A DNA stretch of 64,000 nt from the NCBI GenBank assembly GCA_943788915.1, contig CALSSD010000006.1, positions 248,001 to 312,000 on the forward strand, read 5' to 3'. The stretch's first letter is position 1. Every line of letters starts with the position of its first letter. Shown here piece by piece: positions 22,119 through 31,622 of the stretch. The notes under the pieces were generated by a model that saw only the letters and a program-made list of their open reading frames with translations, was not told the DNA's origin and ran no database searches. The DNA comes from an uncultured Acidimicrobiales bacterium (GTDB lineage Bacteria; Actinomycetota; Acidimicrobiia; Acidimicrobiales; UBA10347). Made by a program: the position numbers and the translations under genes.

Positions 22119-22468
22119 CGTCAGCGTTGGTTGCACAGAACATCTGCGGTGAGCTTTTAGTTCGTGGCCACCGCATGGACATCACAGACATACGGGGCGC
22201 AACTCAATGATCGCCGAAAACAAACCGAACGTGCCGCAATCTTGACGATCATGATGTCCGTCGAAGAATCGACCGGGCGAGCACAGCCATGGATTTCCTG
22301 GCAGCGAGAGGGCACCTGTTCGACGGAGGAGTGACAGGGTTATGTCCCAAATGTTCACGTTTGTTCTCTGTACACCGAAGCGAAGACCGGTTGAGACCAA
22401 GGCGGTCGGTGAAAATCAACGGCCGAAATCAGGTAGTTGCCGTCGGTGCGTCGGTGCCCTGAGTCGAA

Positions 22469-22488
22469 AGCCCGCAGAGACCCGGGCT
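22469..22488 (-). terminator. Short hairpin after acyl-CoA dehydrogenase
   Basis: AGCCCG-8nt-CGGGCT followed by TTC on the minus strand. Confidence 0.35.
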
Positions 22489-22490
22489 GG

Positions 22491-23726
22491 TTAGTTTTTG
22501 GGGAGTTCGTTGAACGGTGTGTTCTTGTCGACGCCAGGTTCGCGCGGTAACCCGAGCGCCCGTTCTCCAAGGGTGTTCCGTTGGATCTCGTCGGTACCGC
22601 CGCCCAAACTCATGCCCCGACAATTCAGGAAGTGATAGTGAAAGTAGTCGTCGTCGAAGTTGCGTTCGACGTCCATGTCCGATCCCCACGCGGCACCGCC
22701 AGGGAATGCCAACGCAACCGCAAGTTCGGCAGCAGCACGGCCTTGTTTAGTGCGCCACAACTTGCCGATCGACGGGTGGAGACCGCGGGCACCGATCCAC
22801 CGGACCACTTGTTCACCCGAATGCAGTCGAGCGAGCTGTTGGCGGACGATGGGATCGTCGCTGCGTTCGGCTCGCTCGGCCAGCTCAATCAACTGGGCCA
22901 CAGGAATAGGGGAACGGCCCGCTTTCGATCGAGACTCGGACGTGCCACTCATGGACTTGGCGCCCGTCTGCTGTCGCTCATGGCCGAGCAGGGCGACGGC
23001 GGTTGCCCACCCGCCGTTGACCTCGCCGATAACCCAATCCTTGGGGATGCGAGCCTCGTCGATAAAGACCTCGTTGAACTCGCTTACGCCCGTCATCTGC
23101 ACCAGGCCACGCACGTCGACACCGGGTTGCTCCATAGGGAGAATGAACATGGTGATGCCGCGGTGTTTCGGAGCGTCCCAGTCGGTGCGTGCGAGAAGAA
23201 TGGCGTACTGGCTCTGTTGGGCACCAGAGGTCCAGACTTTCTGTCCGCTGACAATCCATTCGTCGCCGTCGAGGATGGCCTTGGTCGTGAGCGACGCGAG
23301 GTCGGAGCCGGACCCGGGTTCGGAGTACATCTGGCACCAGAGGTCATCACCCCGCAGACCAGGGGCTAGGAAACGTTGCTTGAGCTCGTCGGACGCAAAG
23401 TCGCGGATGGTGGGCATCGCCATGCCGACACCAATGCCGAACATGGCATCTTCGCGAGGGATGCGGCCACGACTTTCCTCTCGCCACACTTGCTGGTGCG
23501 ACGCATCGAGATCCCGGCCCGCATAGTCGATCGGATAGTCGAGTGCGGCAAGCCCATGGTCGAACAACGATGCCCGCCATGCCTTACCTCGGTTCGTGGT
23601 GCCTTCCAGACCATCGAGGGCCCCAGGGAGAACCTGATCAAAAAACGTACGGACTTCGACGCGGAAGTCAGCGAGCGTGGGCGGCGCATGCGAGGTCATA
23701 TGCATCGACATTAGCGCTGGGACCAC
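22491..23726 (-). CDS. Acyl-CoA dehydrogenase (FadE-like; start uncertain)
   Basis: WCQMYSEPGSGSDLA, GQKVWTS, FNEVF, GGGTDEIQRN. Confidence 0.9.
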   Translation of the reverse strand: MVPALMSMHMTSHAPPTLADFRVEVRTFFDQVLPGALDGLEGTTNRGKAWRASLFDHGLAALDYPIDYAGRDLDASHQQVWREESRGRIPREDAMFGIGVGMAMPTIRDFASDELKQRFLAPGLRGDDLWCQMYSEPGSGSDLASLTTKAILDGDEWIVSGQKVWTSGAQQSQYAILLARTDWDAPKHRGITMFILPMEQPGVDVRGLVQMTGVSEFNEVFIDEARIPKDWVIGEVNGGWATAVALLGHERQQTGAKSMSGTSESRSKAGRSPIPVAQLIELAERAERSDDPIVRQQLARLHSGEQVVRWIGARGLHPSIGKLWRTKQGRAAAELAVALAFPGGAAWGSDMDVERNFDDDYFHYHFLNCRGMSLGGGTDEIQRNTLGERALGLPREPGVDKNTPFNELPKN

Positions 23727-25034
23727 TCACGAGTCGTGGTCGTCGGGTCCATTCGCCACGATGACCTCGGCATCCACGAGTGCCTGAATGGCTGCGGGAC
23801 TCAATCCAACTTCGGTCAGCACCTCGGTGGTGTGGGCAGCGAAGAGGGGTGACCCGTGGCTGAATCCAACGGGCGTATCGCTGAACTGCAGGGGCATGCC
23901 TGGGGTCGAATAGGTGCCGGCTGTCGGGTGATCGAAGTCCGAAACAAACCAGTTGGCACGCACCTGTGGGTCATTAAGGGCCTCGAACGGCAGGTTGTAG
24001 CGACCACAGGGATACCCAACTCCACGAAGGGTCTCGATCCAATGGCCGGTTGATGCCGAGGCGAAGAGCGTTTCTGCTTCTTCGATGATGTCTTGGAACT
24101 CTTGGTCAGCCAACGTGAGCGTTCCGGCGGGGCGGGTTATCCCGGTTGCGTCGTGGAACTTGGCCCGCAGTCCGCGGCTGAGCCCGGCGACGGTTAACAA
24201 ACCGTCGAGCGTGGCGTAGTGGCGAAAGTACAGCCGGAAGTTTCGTTGACCAGCCATGACATTGGTTTCAAAATCATGACGGAGTTGGTCAAAACCTACG
24301 CCCTGGTCCCGCTCGTCGATCATCTCAGACTGCTCTTGGCTGTAGGAGCCCACCGGTTGGTCGCCCGTGAATTGTGAGACGGTCGGAAGTGACAGATTCA
24401 GCGCGGTCGCAAGCAAGGAGACATCAACCCGTTGGCCACGACCGGTCTGATCACGATGGCGTAGGGCAGCGACGACACCCAAGGCTCCAGCAATACCTGT
24501 ACCGCTGTCGTTCACGGCTGGTCGGGTTGCGAGCGGTACGCCCTTTTCAGAACGATTCATGGTGAAGCCCATGCCGCTGAGTGCTTGGACGAGCACGTCG
24601 TAGCCGCCCTGATTCGCATCGGGTCCGTCAGGGCCAAATGGCGTGTGGGTGAGATGGACGAGTCGAGGATTGACCGCTTGAGCATGGTCCCAATCGATGC
24701 CGTAACGAGCCAGGTCGCTTTGTTTGAATGCGACCAGCACAACATCGGCCCACCGAAACAACCCCTCGATGACTTGGGTGGCTTGTGGCGAACCCAGGTC
24801 GACAGCGATGCTGCGTTTGTCTGGATTGATGAGTGAGAAGGCTTTTGCTTCGGTGGGGCCAAAGTCACGGGCTGAGCGCATGGCATCGCCTGTTGGTGGT
24901 TCCACTTTGACGACGTCGGCTCCCATACCTGCCAGAATGCGCCCACACATGGGTATCGCCAGGTTCTGTGCGAACTCGACGACCTTGATGCCTTCGAGTA
25001 GGCGAATCGTGCGGTCGTTGTTGGCGTCGGTCAT
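23727..25034 (-). CDS. CoA-transferase family III (CaiB/BaiF)
   Basis: LEGIKVVEF, GADVVKVEPPTGD, GYDVLVQA, G.GQRVDVSL. Confidence 0.9.
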   Translation of the reverse strand: MTDANNDRTIRLLEGIKVVEFAQNLAIPMCGRILAGMGADVVKVEPPTGDAMRSARDFGPTEAKAFSLINPDKRSIAVDLGSPQATQVIEGLFRWADVVLVAFKQSDLARYGIDWDHAQAVNPRLVHLTHTPFGPDGPDANQGGYDVLVQALSGMGFTMNRSEKGVPLATRPAVNDSGTGIAGALGVVAALRHRDQTGRGQRVDVSLLATALNLSLPTVSQFTGDQPVGSYSQEQSEMIDERDQGVGFDQLRHDFETNVMAGQRNFRLYFRHYATLDGLLTVAGLSRGLRAKFHDATGITRPAGTLTLADQEFQDIIEEAETLFASASTGHWIETLRGVGYPCGRYNLPFEALNDPQVRANWFVSDFDHPTAGTYSTPGMPLQFSDTPVGFSHGSPLFAAHTTEVLTEVGLSPAAIQALVDAEVIVANGPDDHDS

Positions 25035-26128
25035 GAGGATCCATCCAGGAAGATACGAGTGGCGTCGAACGCCACGGTTGCTGCGAGCTCGACCGCTGCA
25101 GGTGTTGTTGCCTTCGCTGCGATGTCGTCGGTGGTGTGAAAGAGCGAGGCGCCGCCGAGAAACGACAGCACCTGGGCACCGGCTTCTAACCAGGTGCCGC
25201 CTTCGCCTGGCCAGGGAGGTGCGAGGTCCGGCATGGACCAGTTGGCGTCGGGCACGCGGGCTGCGATGGCAGCACGGGTATCACCAACGGCGGTAGTCAG
25301 ACACATGCGCCTGTCCCCAAGTCTGGGTTCGCCACCCGGGACCGGTTCGGTTGCAGCGATCGATGCACCGAGATGGATGGCTCGTTGACCAGCGAGATCA
25401 CGAGTCGATAGGTAATGACGCAGCCCAAGGTGATCTATCTCGTGCCCGCTGCAGGCAGAGAACACAACTCGGTAGTCGTCGGCAAGTGCTGCCGCGATAG
25501 CGAGGGCTGCAGCAAGGCCGGTGCCGCGTTCGCCTGCTGCAGGAGTCCATCCGGTTAACGGCGTGGTGATCATTACCTGGGCTGCCGCCGGGTCGCCCAG
25601 CAGGGCAACCACGTTGGAGCTCTGTCCAGGTTCAAGATGCGCGTCGAACCGCAGATGGGCTCCAGCTTGGACTCGGTCAAGCCAGTTGTCTGGGATAATC
25701 ACAGCCGGACGCCCAAGCAACTGGGTCGGTACCCGGTTGCACTGCACGGGGAGGTCGGCGGGCCCGTCGATGGCAATGATGAGCGGGGTCTGACCATCGC
25801 TGGACGGCAGCGTCGGATCCAGTGAACGAGCGTTGCCGACGTGCCCATAGTCGGCGCAGTAGGTGGAGAAAACGGTGGTGTCGATCTTGCCGACATCGCT
25901 GTAGAACAGCGGCAGGCAGGGAACCGTTTCGCCTCCAGCGGTGAGTTCCGCCTGGCACACGAATCGTTCGAATGAATACGGATCTTCCTCAACCGTCGCA
26001 CCCATACCTTCGAGTAGACCAATAAGCCAACGAGTCGTGGCTCGATCTGCTTCGGTACCGGTGTGGTGGTTTCCGAACGAGGCATATTTTTCAACAATGG
26101 CGTACAGGTCTGCTTGATTCAGCATCAC
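25031..26128 (-). CDS. Hypothetical protein with degenerate M28/Zn-exopeptidase-like fold
   Basis: HHTGT, NVVA, GERGTG, SGHE, FHTTDD spaced like M28 motifs. Confidence 0.5.
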   Translation of the reverse strand: MMLNQADLYAIVEKYASFGNHHTGTEADRATTRWLIGLLEGMGATVEEDPYSFERFVCQAELTAGGETVPCLPLFYSDVGKIDTTVFSTYCADYGHVGNARSLDPTLPSSDGQTPLIIAIDGPADLPVQCNRVPTQLLGRPAVIIPDNWLDRVQAGAHLRFDAHLEPGQSSNVVALLGDPAAAQVMITTPLTGWTPAAGERGTGLAAALAIAAALADDYRVVFSACSGHEIDHLGLRHYLSTRDLAGQRAIHLGASIAATEPVPGGEPRLGDRRMCLTTAVGDTRAAIAARVPDANWSMPDLAPPWPGEGGTWLEAGAQVLSFLGGASLFHTTDDIAAKATTPAAVELAATVAFDATRIFLDGSS

Positions 26129-28395
26129 TGTTCCATGAGTTGAACTTCGTGTTCGACGTCGGCTGCCTTTGCCAGGTCAGCGCGGTCGTCGTCGAGTGTC
26201 CATTCGACCCAGGCCAGGGTTCCCCCAAAATCGAACTGACCGTCGTAGGTATCGACCACGGTCGGGCCGGCATCCTTGCCCAGACTCATGCCGAAGGTGG
26301 TTTGGCGGTACGGCAACGTCTCGATTGGGCCGCTCCCCAGATCTGTCGACGAGGAAGCGTCGTCTGCTGGAGAACATCGCAACGTTGCCAGGCCTTCGTG
26401 TTCGCCTGTCTTGTTGTACTGAACAGTGAGATCGAGCGCGCCTTCGGGAAGCGGCTCCGAAGCGACGACCTCGTGCATCACGCCCAGCCGGTTGTACGTG
26501 AAAGCGAGTCGGTCATCCTTGACGAAGAACGTGTAGCCACCCGTGCGGGCACCGCTGGCAACGAGCACCCCATCGTCGCCGGCTGATCGTGACACCCGTG
26601 CGGTGATGGAGAACGAGCGATTGCGCACGTCGGGCGTTTTCGAGCGTTCGAGGTGTGGTGACGGATAGAGATACCGCTGGGTGTTTCCGGGTGGTTCGTG
26701 GCCCGGCCGACGGATGATCAGAAGTTCGGCACCGCCGCGATCATCCAGTGGCAACACGTTGTACTTACCAGCCTCGACCCACCAACGATCGACCAACTCT
26801 CTGAGCTTGTCAGGTTGCTCGTCGGCCAGGTTGACGCACTCGGAGAAGTCTTCGTCGGTGTGATACAGCTCCCACACATCGTCTTCGAATGGCGTGCCTG
26901 ACCTGTGCATGGTCACGGCCTTCCAACCGTTGTGCCAGATGCCGCGATGGCCGAGCATCTCGTAGTACTGGGTGGACTTGTTCGTCGGGACATCGGCGTC
27001 GGCGAACGTGTATCGAAGACTGATTCCCTCGACCGGCTGCTGGGTGACACCCTTGTACACGTCGGGTGCTTCAACTCCGACACATTCGAGAATCGTGGGC
27101 AACACGTCGGAGACATGGTGGTACTGGTCGCGGGTGGCACCGGCATCGCTGATGCCGTTCGGCCAATGCACGATGAACGGATCCCGGATACCGCCCTCAT
27201 AGGTGTTCTGCTTATAGAACCGAAGTGGCGTGTTGCCGACCTGCGCCCAGCCGGTTGGGTAGTTGTTGTAGAGGTTTGGCCCGCCGATTTCGTCGACTCG
27301 ATCGACCATGTCTTCGGGACGGCTTCCGATCAGGTTGAAGAACCCAAGTTCGTTGAGCGTGCCGTGTTTGCCGCCTTCTTGGCTGGCGCCGTTATCGGAG
27401 ATGAGCATGACGATGGTGTCGTCGAGCACCTCGATCTGTTCGAGGAAGTCGATGAGCCGACCGATCTGGTCGTCGGTGTGATCCAGGAATCCAGCGAAGG
27501 CTTCCTGCATCCGGGCGTAGAGCCGACGGTTGGGCTCAGGTAGGTCATCCCAGGCTTCGACGCCACGATTGCGGGGCGACAGTGTTGTATCAGGTGGGAT
27601 GATGCCCAGTTCTAGCTGACGTTCGAACCACCGCTGGCGGACGATGTCCCAGCCGTCGTCGTATCGACCGCGATACTTCTGGATGTAGTCCGCAGGCGCC
27701 TGATGCGGTGAGTGGGTGGCCCCGAAGGCGAGATAGGTGAAGAACCGATTGCCGGGTGCCGAACCCTGATGGGCGCTAATCATGCCAATGGCCTGGTCGA
27801 CCAGATCTTCGGACACGTGGTAGCCGTCGTGATTCGGTGGGTCGATGGGATGGTTGTCGATGGTTAGTTCGGGTGAGAACTGATCGGTGGCTCCGCCCAT
27901 GAAGCCGTAGTACCGGTCGAAGCCACGTTGGAGCGGCCAGTTGTCCATCGGGCCTGCTGGTGAGCAGTCTTCGAGTGTTGCCAGATGCCACTTGCCGAGA
28001 GCGAACGTTCCGTAGCCATGGTCGCGCAGCATCTCGGCCATCGTCGCGGCGGTGGGTGCGATCACGCCCCGGCAGTTCGAGTAGCCGCTATCGACGTTCG
28101 AGATAAATCGCATGCCGACCGAGTGATGGTTTCGTCCGGTGAGCAAGCAGGCCCGGGTAGGTGAACACAACGCGGTCGTATGGAAGTTGGTGTAGCGAAG
28201 GCCACCGGCGGCAAGTCGGTCGATGTTTGGCGTGTCGATATCGCTTCCGTAACAACCGAGCTGGGCGAAGCCGGTGTCGTCGAGAGCAATCACCACAATG
28301 TTCGGGGCTCCTGCTGGAGGTCGTTTGGGCGGAGCCCAAGCTGGTGTCGACTCGCTCTGAGTGATGCCAGCGATTGGAGTTGCAGCGTTGTTCAC
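26125..28395 (-). CDS. Arylsulfatase (formylglycine-dependent)
   Basis: PNIVVIALDD, CSPTRACLLTGR, GKWHL, SDNGA. Confidence 0.9.
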   Translation of the reverse strand: MNNAATPIAGITQSESTPAWAPPKRPPAGAPNIVVIALDDTGFAQLGCYGSDIDTPNIDRLAAGGLRYTNFHTTALCSPTRACLLTGRNHHSVGMRFISNVDSGYSNCRGVIAPTAATMAEMLRDHGYGTFALGKWHLATLEDCSPAGPMDNWPLQRGFDRYYGFMGGATDQFSPELTIDNHPIDPPNHDGYHVSEDLVDQAIGMISAHQGSAPGNRFFTYLAFGATHSPHQAPADYIQKYRGRYDDGWDIVRQRWFERQLELGIIPPDTTLSPRNRGVEAWDDLPEPNRRLYARMQEAFAGFLDHTDDQIGRLIDFLEQIEVLDDTIVMLISDNGASQEGGKHGTLNELGFFNLIGSRPEDMVDRVDEIGGPNLYNNYPTGWAQVGNTPLRFYKQNTYEGGIRDPFIVHWPNGISDAGATRDQYHHVSDVLPTILECVGVEAPDVYKGVTQQPVEGISLRYTFADADVPTNKSTQYYEMLGHRGIWHNGWKAVTMHRSGTPFEDDVWELYHTDEDFSECVNLADEQPDKLRELVDRWWVEAGKYNVLPLDDRGGAELLIIRRPGHEPPGNTQRYLYPSPHLERSKTPDVRNRSFSITARVSRSAGDDGVLVASGARTGGYTFFVKDDRLAFTYNRLGVMHEVVASEPLPEGALDLTVQYNKTGEHEGLATLRCSPADDASSSTDLGSGPIETLPYRQTTFGMSLGKDAGPTVVDTYDGQFDFGGTLAWVEWTLDDDRADLAKAADVEHEVQLMEQ

Positions 28396-28409
28396 GAAGG
28401 GTCCTCTTC

Positions 28410-28700
28410 CTACGTCAATGAATGATTGTCGAGTGGTTCTGATGGTTGGGTTTCTTTGGGTTCAGCCATTTCAGTGAAACGAACATGCAGAGTCCGACGG
28501 AAAAGTTCACGCCGGTTTCCGAAGTAGCTGAAGAAGTTGCCGCGACTAACTTCTGGATGCTCCGCAAGATCTCGCAACCGGAACCCAGACAGAGCGCCGT
28601 TGCGCTCAAGAATCTTGAGTGCTGCTCTCACAACCCGGCGTTCGGTCGCTTCCCGATCGCGCCTCGGGACAAGCGCGGATTGGAGAGGGTTAGTCATCAT
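28410..28700 (-). pseudogene. Truncated TetR-family regulator (HTH only)
   Basis: REATERRVVRAAL..LRDLAEHPEVSRGNFFSYFGNRREL, then a stop; no ligand-binding domain. Confidence 0.6.
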
Positions 28701-28745
28701 GGTTCGTCATCGCTGTCAGTCGTTGTTGCCTGAGGTGCTCTCCAA

Positions 28746-28760
28746 CTGACACTATGTCAG
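28746..28760. promoter_or_regulatory. Palindromic operator candidate
   Basis: CTGACA-CTA-TGTCAG between the divergent tetR remnant and SBP gene. Confidence 0.5.
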
Positions 28761-28803
28761 GCGTGTCCGGGTTGGACACAAGATCCGTACGAGGGGAAAC
28801 GTA

Positions 28804-30549
28804 ATGGTTGAAGGAAAGACACGCTTCTGGCGTGTACTGCTAGTGATGATCGCAGCGCTCGCGCTCATCGCATCAAGCTGCGGGAGCAGCAGCGATGGCG
28901 AAGACACGGCGTCGGACGCTGACACCACGGTGAATACCGATGCCGAGTCGTCCGACGAGGAAGAGGCCGGTGGCAACACCACCGAAGCAAGCATCGATCT
29001 GTCCGATACCGAAGAAGACAGCGCACCGGCTGAAGAAGAAGCTCCCGCCGAAGCCGAAGAAGAGGAAGCGATGGAGGAAGAGGAGCCAGCTGTCGAAGTC
29101 GCAGCTCCGTCTGGCACGCTCCGTTTCGTTGAGTTTTCTCCCGTAACGACCTTCAACCCGGCGAAGTCGCAGACCGCTCAAGCGGCCTACCTGTACCCCG
29201 AGTACGACACACTGACCCGTCAGACCGCAACGTTTGACCTTGAGCCTGGCATCGCCACCTCGTGGACATCACCCGACGCAAATACCTGGGTGTTCACCAT
29301 CGGCGAAGGCATCGTCTTCCACGATGGCGAAGAACTCAACGCCCAGGTTGTTGCCGACAACATGAACTGGCACGCAGCAACCGACGGCAACCCGAACGCA
29401 GCCACATGGGCAGGGTTCGACACAGCAACTGCAGACGGCAACGAGGTCACGGCCAATTTCAATACGCCACAGCCTCAGTTCCCACTCGAGATGTCCATGG
29501 TTATGGGCATGATGGTGAGCCCGGCGGCAATCGCTGCCGACACCGATCTCACCCGGGCCCCTGCAGGATCCGGACCATGGATCTGGCAAGCCGATGAATC
29601 CGAAGCAGGCGTGACCGAGGTATACACGCTGTTCGCGGACCATCGAGATCCAGCCGATCAAGGTGTCGAACGGGTTGAGGTCACCTCAGTACCTGACAAC
29701 ACCGCTCGTTTGAATGCGCTGCTCACCGGTGAGACCGACATCATGGCAACGATCCGTGATGCTCAGATTGATCAAGCTGTCGAGGGCGGTAACGAGATCC
29801 TTTCGGTGCCGAACTACTTCCCACACCTGCACATTTTTGGCCGCGAAGAAGGCGCCGTAGACGGTGACCTGCTGTCGCTCCTTCAGGTCCGCCAGGCTGT
29901 TGCCTACGCGATCGACCGCGAGGCCTACAACGCCGCTATCCACGATGGCAAGGGCGACAGCCTCGGTGGTCTCTACCCTGGGGCATTCGGTCAGTGGCAC
30001 GTAGCGGAACTCGACAATTCGTTCGAGTACGATCCAGAAAAGTCCAAGGAACTCTTGGCCGAAGCTGGTTTCCCAGACGGCATCACGCTGCAGTCTCCAA
30101 TCATGCCTGCGATCCAGCCACACGTTGAACTCGTGACCCAGATGCTGGGTGCAGTTGGTATCACCATTGAACAGACGCAGATCAACAATGGTGAGCTCGG
30201 GCCCCGTAATCGTGCCGGCGAGTTCGGCATTGCCTGGGGCCGTGAGTTGCTCTATCACCCAGCAGCCACCTATCGGAAGTGGACTGCTGTGGACGGCCCA
30301 TGGAATCCGTTCAATCTGACCGACAACCAGGACCTCGACGACATGATGGTCGCGGCTGCTGAGTCAAACGATGTCCCCACGATGCAGCAGATGTATGGAG
30401 AGGTCGCAACTGAGATGATCAACCGCGGCGTTCTCGTACCTCTCGCTCATGGTTCACAGAACGGGGCCTACCGTCCCGGTGTGACCGGCGTTGTACTTGG
30501 GCTGAATATGCAGGCCCCGATGCCGTACGGCGTCCGCGTCGACGGGTGA
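28804..30549 (+). CDS. ABC transporter substrate-binding lipoprotein, family 5 (Opp/Dpp-like)
   Basis: Lipobox IASSC, YDTL..PGIATSW, FHDGE, GSGPW, YDPEKSKELLAEAG. Confidence 0.9.
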   Translation: MVEGKTRFWRVLLVMIAALALIASSCGSSSDGEDTASDADTTVNTDAESSDEEEAGGNTTEASIDLSDTEEDSAPAEEEAPAEAEEEEAMEEEEPAVEVAAPSGTLRFVEFSPVTTFNPAKSQTAQAAYLYPEYDTLTRQTATFDLEPGIATSWTSPDANTWVFTIGEGIVFHDGEELNAQVVADNMNWHAATDGNPNAATWAGFDTATADGNEVTANFNTPQPQFPLEMSMVMGMMVSPAAIAADTDLTRAPAGSGPWIWQADESEAGVTEVYTLFADHRDPADQGVERVEVTSVPDNTARLNALLTGETDIMATIRDAQIDQAVEGGNEILSVPNYFPHLHIFGREEGAVDGDLLSLLQVRQAVAYAIDREAYNAAIHDGKGDSLGGLYPGAFGQWHVAELDNSFEYDPEKSKELLAEAGFPDGITLQSPIMPAIQPHVELVTQMLGAVGITIEQTQINNGELGPRNRAGEFGIAWGRELLYHPAATYRKWTAVDGPWNPFNLTDNQDLDDMMVAAAESNDVPTMQQMYGEVATEMINRGVLVPLAHGSQNGAYRPGVTGVVLGLNMQAPMPYGVRVDG

Positions 30550-30607
30550 GGCCGTCGAGGCAACGCACGATTAGCTTGTGAATTGAGCCAGTAAAGAATG
30601 AGGTTTG

Positions 30608-30640
30608 CGAACGGGCGTGGGTCTGGCCCACGCCCGTTCG
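30608..30640 (+). terminator. Stem-loop after SBP gene (partial terminator / mRNA stabiliser)
   Basis: 14-bp perfect stem CGAACGGGCGTGGG/CCCACGCCCGTTCG. Confidence 0.7.
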
Positions 30641-30677
30641 TTCTCCAACCGCAGTAGATACTCGTTAGGGGGAGTTT

Positions 30678-31622
30678 GTGCTTCGACTGCTTGTCGCTCG
30701 TCTACTAGGAGCGATTCCATTGATGTTCATGGTGGGCACCTTGGTGTTCTTCATGATGCAGCTCAACCCGGTGGACCCCACCGCGTTCCTGCTCGGTGAC
30801 GACACCACGGACGAGACCGTTGAACGAGCGCGTGAAGATCTCGGACTGAATCGTCCCGTGCTGACGCAGTACGGCGACTGGATCAGCAGCGCGGCGCAAG
30901 GTGACTTGGGCGTGTCCTGGTTTAACGGCGAAGAAGTCACCACCTTGTTAAGGCAACGAGCTTCGAAGACGTTGACCGTGGCGCTCGGGTCGATGCTGAT
31001 CGCGGTCACTTTGGGGGTAACGCTTGGGATTTTTGCGGCGATCAAGGCAGGACGATGGCAGGACAGACTCGTCACTGTTGTGTCCTCGTTGGGAATTGCC
31101 GTGCCCAACTTTTGGGTGGCCATCATCTTGGCTGCGGTTTTTGCCGTCAAGCTGCGATGGTTCCCGGCAATATGGAGCAGCAGCCGAACTGAAACACTGT
31201 GGGGCTGGATCTACACCATCATCCTTCCCTGTGTCGCGCTTGGCACTGCTGCCTCGGCCGCTATTGCCCGCCAGGCTCGATCGGCGATGATTGGGGTGCT
31301 CCAGCAGGACTACATCCGAACCGCTCTGGCCAAAGGGCTCCCAGTTCGCCGAGTGATCTTTAGGCACGCCATGCGGAATGCTGCGATTCCAGTGGTCACG
31401 CTCATGGGCTTCCAGCTCTCGGCCTTGATCGGTGGATCCATTTTTGTCGAATTTATCTTCAACATTCCCGGTCTCGGCACGCTTGGTGTCCAGGCAGTGC
31501 AACGTAACAACATGCCGGTCACGCTCGGTTTCGTGATGGTCACCACGCTGGTGGTGGTGATTGCAAACATCCTGCTTGACATGAGTTACGCATGGCTCAA
31601 CCCCAAGGTGAGGCGCTCATGA
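30678..31622 (+). CDS. ABC permease (OppB/DppB-like)
   Basis: GDLGVS, DYIRTALAKGL..RHAMRNA. Confidence 0.9.
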   Translation: MLRLLVARLLGAIPLMFMVGTLVFFMMQLNPVDPTAFLLGDDTTDETVERAREDLGLNRPVLTQYGDWISSAAQGDLGVSWFNGEEVTTLLRQRASKTLTVALGSMLIAVTLGVTLGIFAAIKAGRWQDRLVTVVSSLGIAVPNFWVAIILAAVFAVKLRWFPAIWSSSRTETLWGWIYTIILPCVALGTAASAAIARQARSAMIGVLQQDYIRTALAKGLPVRRVIFRHAMRNAAIPVVTLMGFQLSALIGGSIFVEFIFNIPGLGTLGVQAVQRNNMPVTLGFVMVTTLVVVIANILLDMSYAWLNPKVRRS

